DNA of 64,000 nt from an uncultured Rhodospirillaceae bacterium (GTDB lineage Bacteria > Pseudomonadota > Alphaproteobacteria > Rhodospirillales > UBA2165), in the NCBI GenBank assembly GCA_913020445.1, contig CAJWAR010000013.1, positions 13,226 through 77,225 of the forward strand. Reading direction: 5' to 3'. The notes beneath the pieces were generated by a model that saw only the letters and a program-made list of their open reading frames with translations, had not been told where the DNA came from and made no database searches. Within the stretch, counting starts at the first letter, position 1. Each line of letters starts with the position of its first letter. This document shows positions 63,987-64,000 of this stretch, piece after piece. Position numbers and translations under genes: made by a program.

Positions 63987-64000
63987 TGATTTTGGTTTGT

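Noticed and set aside
1-64000. Looked for T1SS ABC transporter, MFP and TolC-like genes, GGDEF/EAL proteins, tRNA/rRNA, CRISPR arrays, transposases and integrases.
   Set aside because: None is recognisable among the ORF translations or in the intergenic sequence. The adhesin's secretion genes must lie elsewhere.

Overview
This 64-kb window reads like a chromosomal segment of an alphaproteobacterium, possibly marine. That guess rests only on gene order and protein motifs. All calls come from reading the sequence and ORF translations by eye and from memory of protein families; no searches were run. Domain-level coordinates inside genes are approximate.

Layout:
(1) 1-980: the 5' part of a tail-fibre-like gene that is missing from the ORF track, followed by REP-like hairpins.
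(2) 1.4-7.0 kb: a conserved housekeeping block, hisG-hisD-UPF0262-LMW phosphatase-infA-maf-rng-yacG.
(3) 7-13 kb: assorted metabolic genes (diiron protein plus GT2, tandem DUF427, 2-hydroxyacid dehydrogenase, CoA-transferase A/B) and a secreted Sel1-repeat protein.
(4) 13.3-26.9 kb: one uninterrupted 4540-aa RTX/T1SS-type adhesin gene.
(5) 27.0-31.6 kb: a TPR-ATP-grasp protein, a Cache-PAS-degenerate-HD-GYP membrane protein and a LapG-type (BTLCP) periplasmic cysteine protease.
(6) 31.7-54.1 kb: a carboxylate/acyl-CoA catabolic island bracketed by two paralogous IclR regulators. It holds two acyl-CoA dehydrogenase pairs, an SDR, a MaoC hydratase, an SCP-x-type thiolase plus DUF35, two CoA ligases, a TRAP transporter, FadJ/FadA-like enzymes, a crotonase, a GST and an NMO. 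A 46-bp promoter/operator occurs three times in it.
(7) 54-64 kb: a small unassigned cluster (M24 enzyme, MetE-like, PaaK-like ligase, FAH, MFS, two CMD/AhpD-like genes).

Main hunt results:
- A Lap-like adhesin-release system in which the LapD position is taken by a different kind of membrane receptor. A TAAG site sits in a polyacidic linker, and the protease carries a polybasic tract.
- A candidate selenoprotein: a CMD-family gene split by an in-frame TGA at a C-x-x-[TGA] position, with a hairpin 13 nt downstream.
- A second in-frame TGA separates the sensor gene from the TPR-ATP-grasp gene.
- The triplicated promoter/operator of the catabolic island.

I saw no rRNA, tRNA, CRISPR array, IS element or integrase, and no T1SS ABC/MFP/OMP genes in the window.
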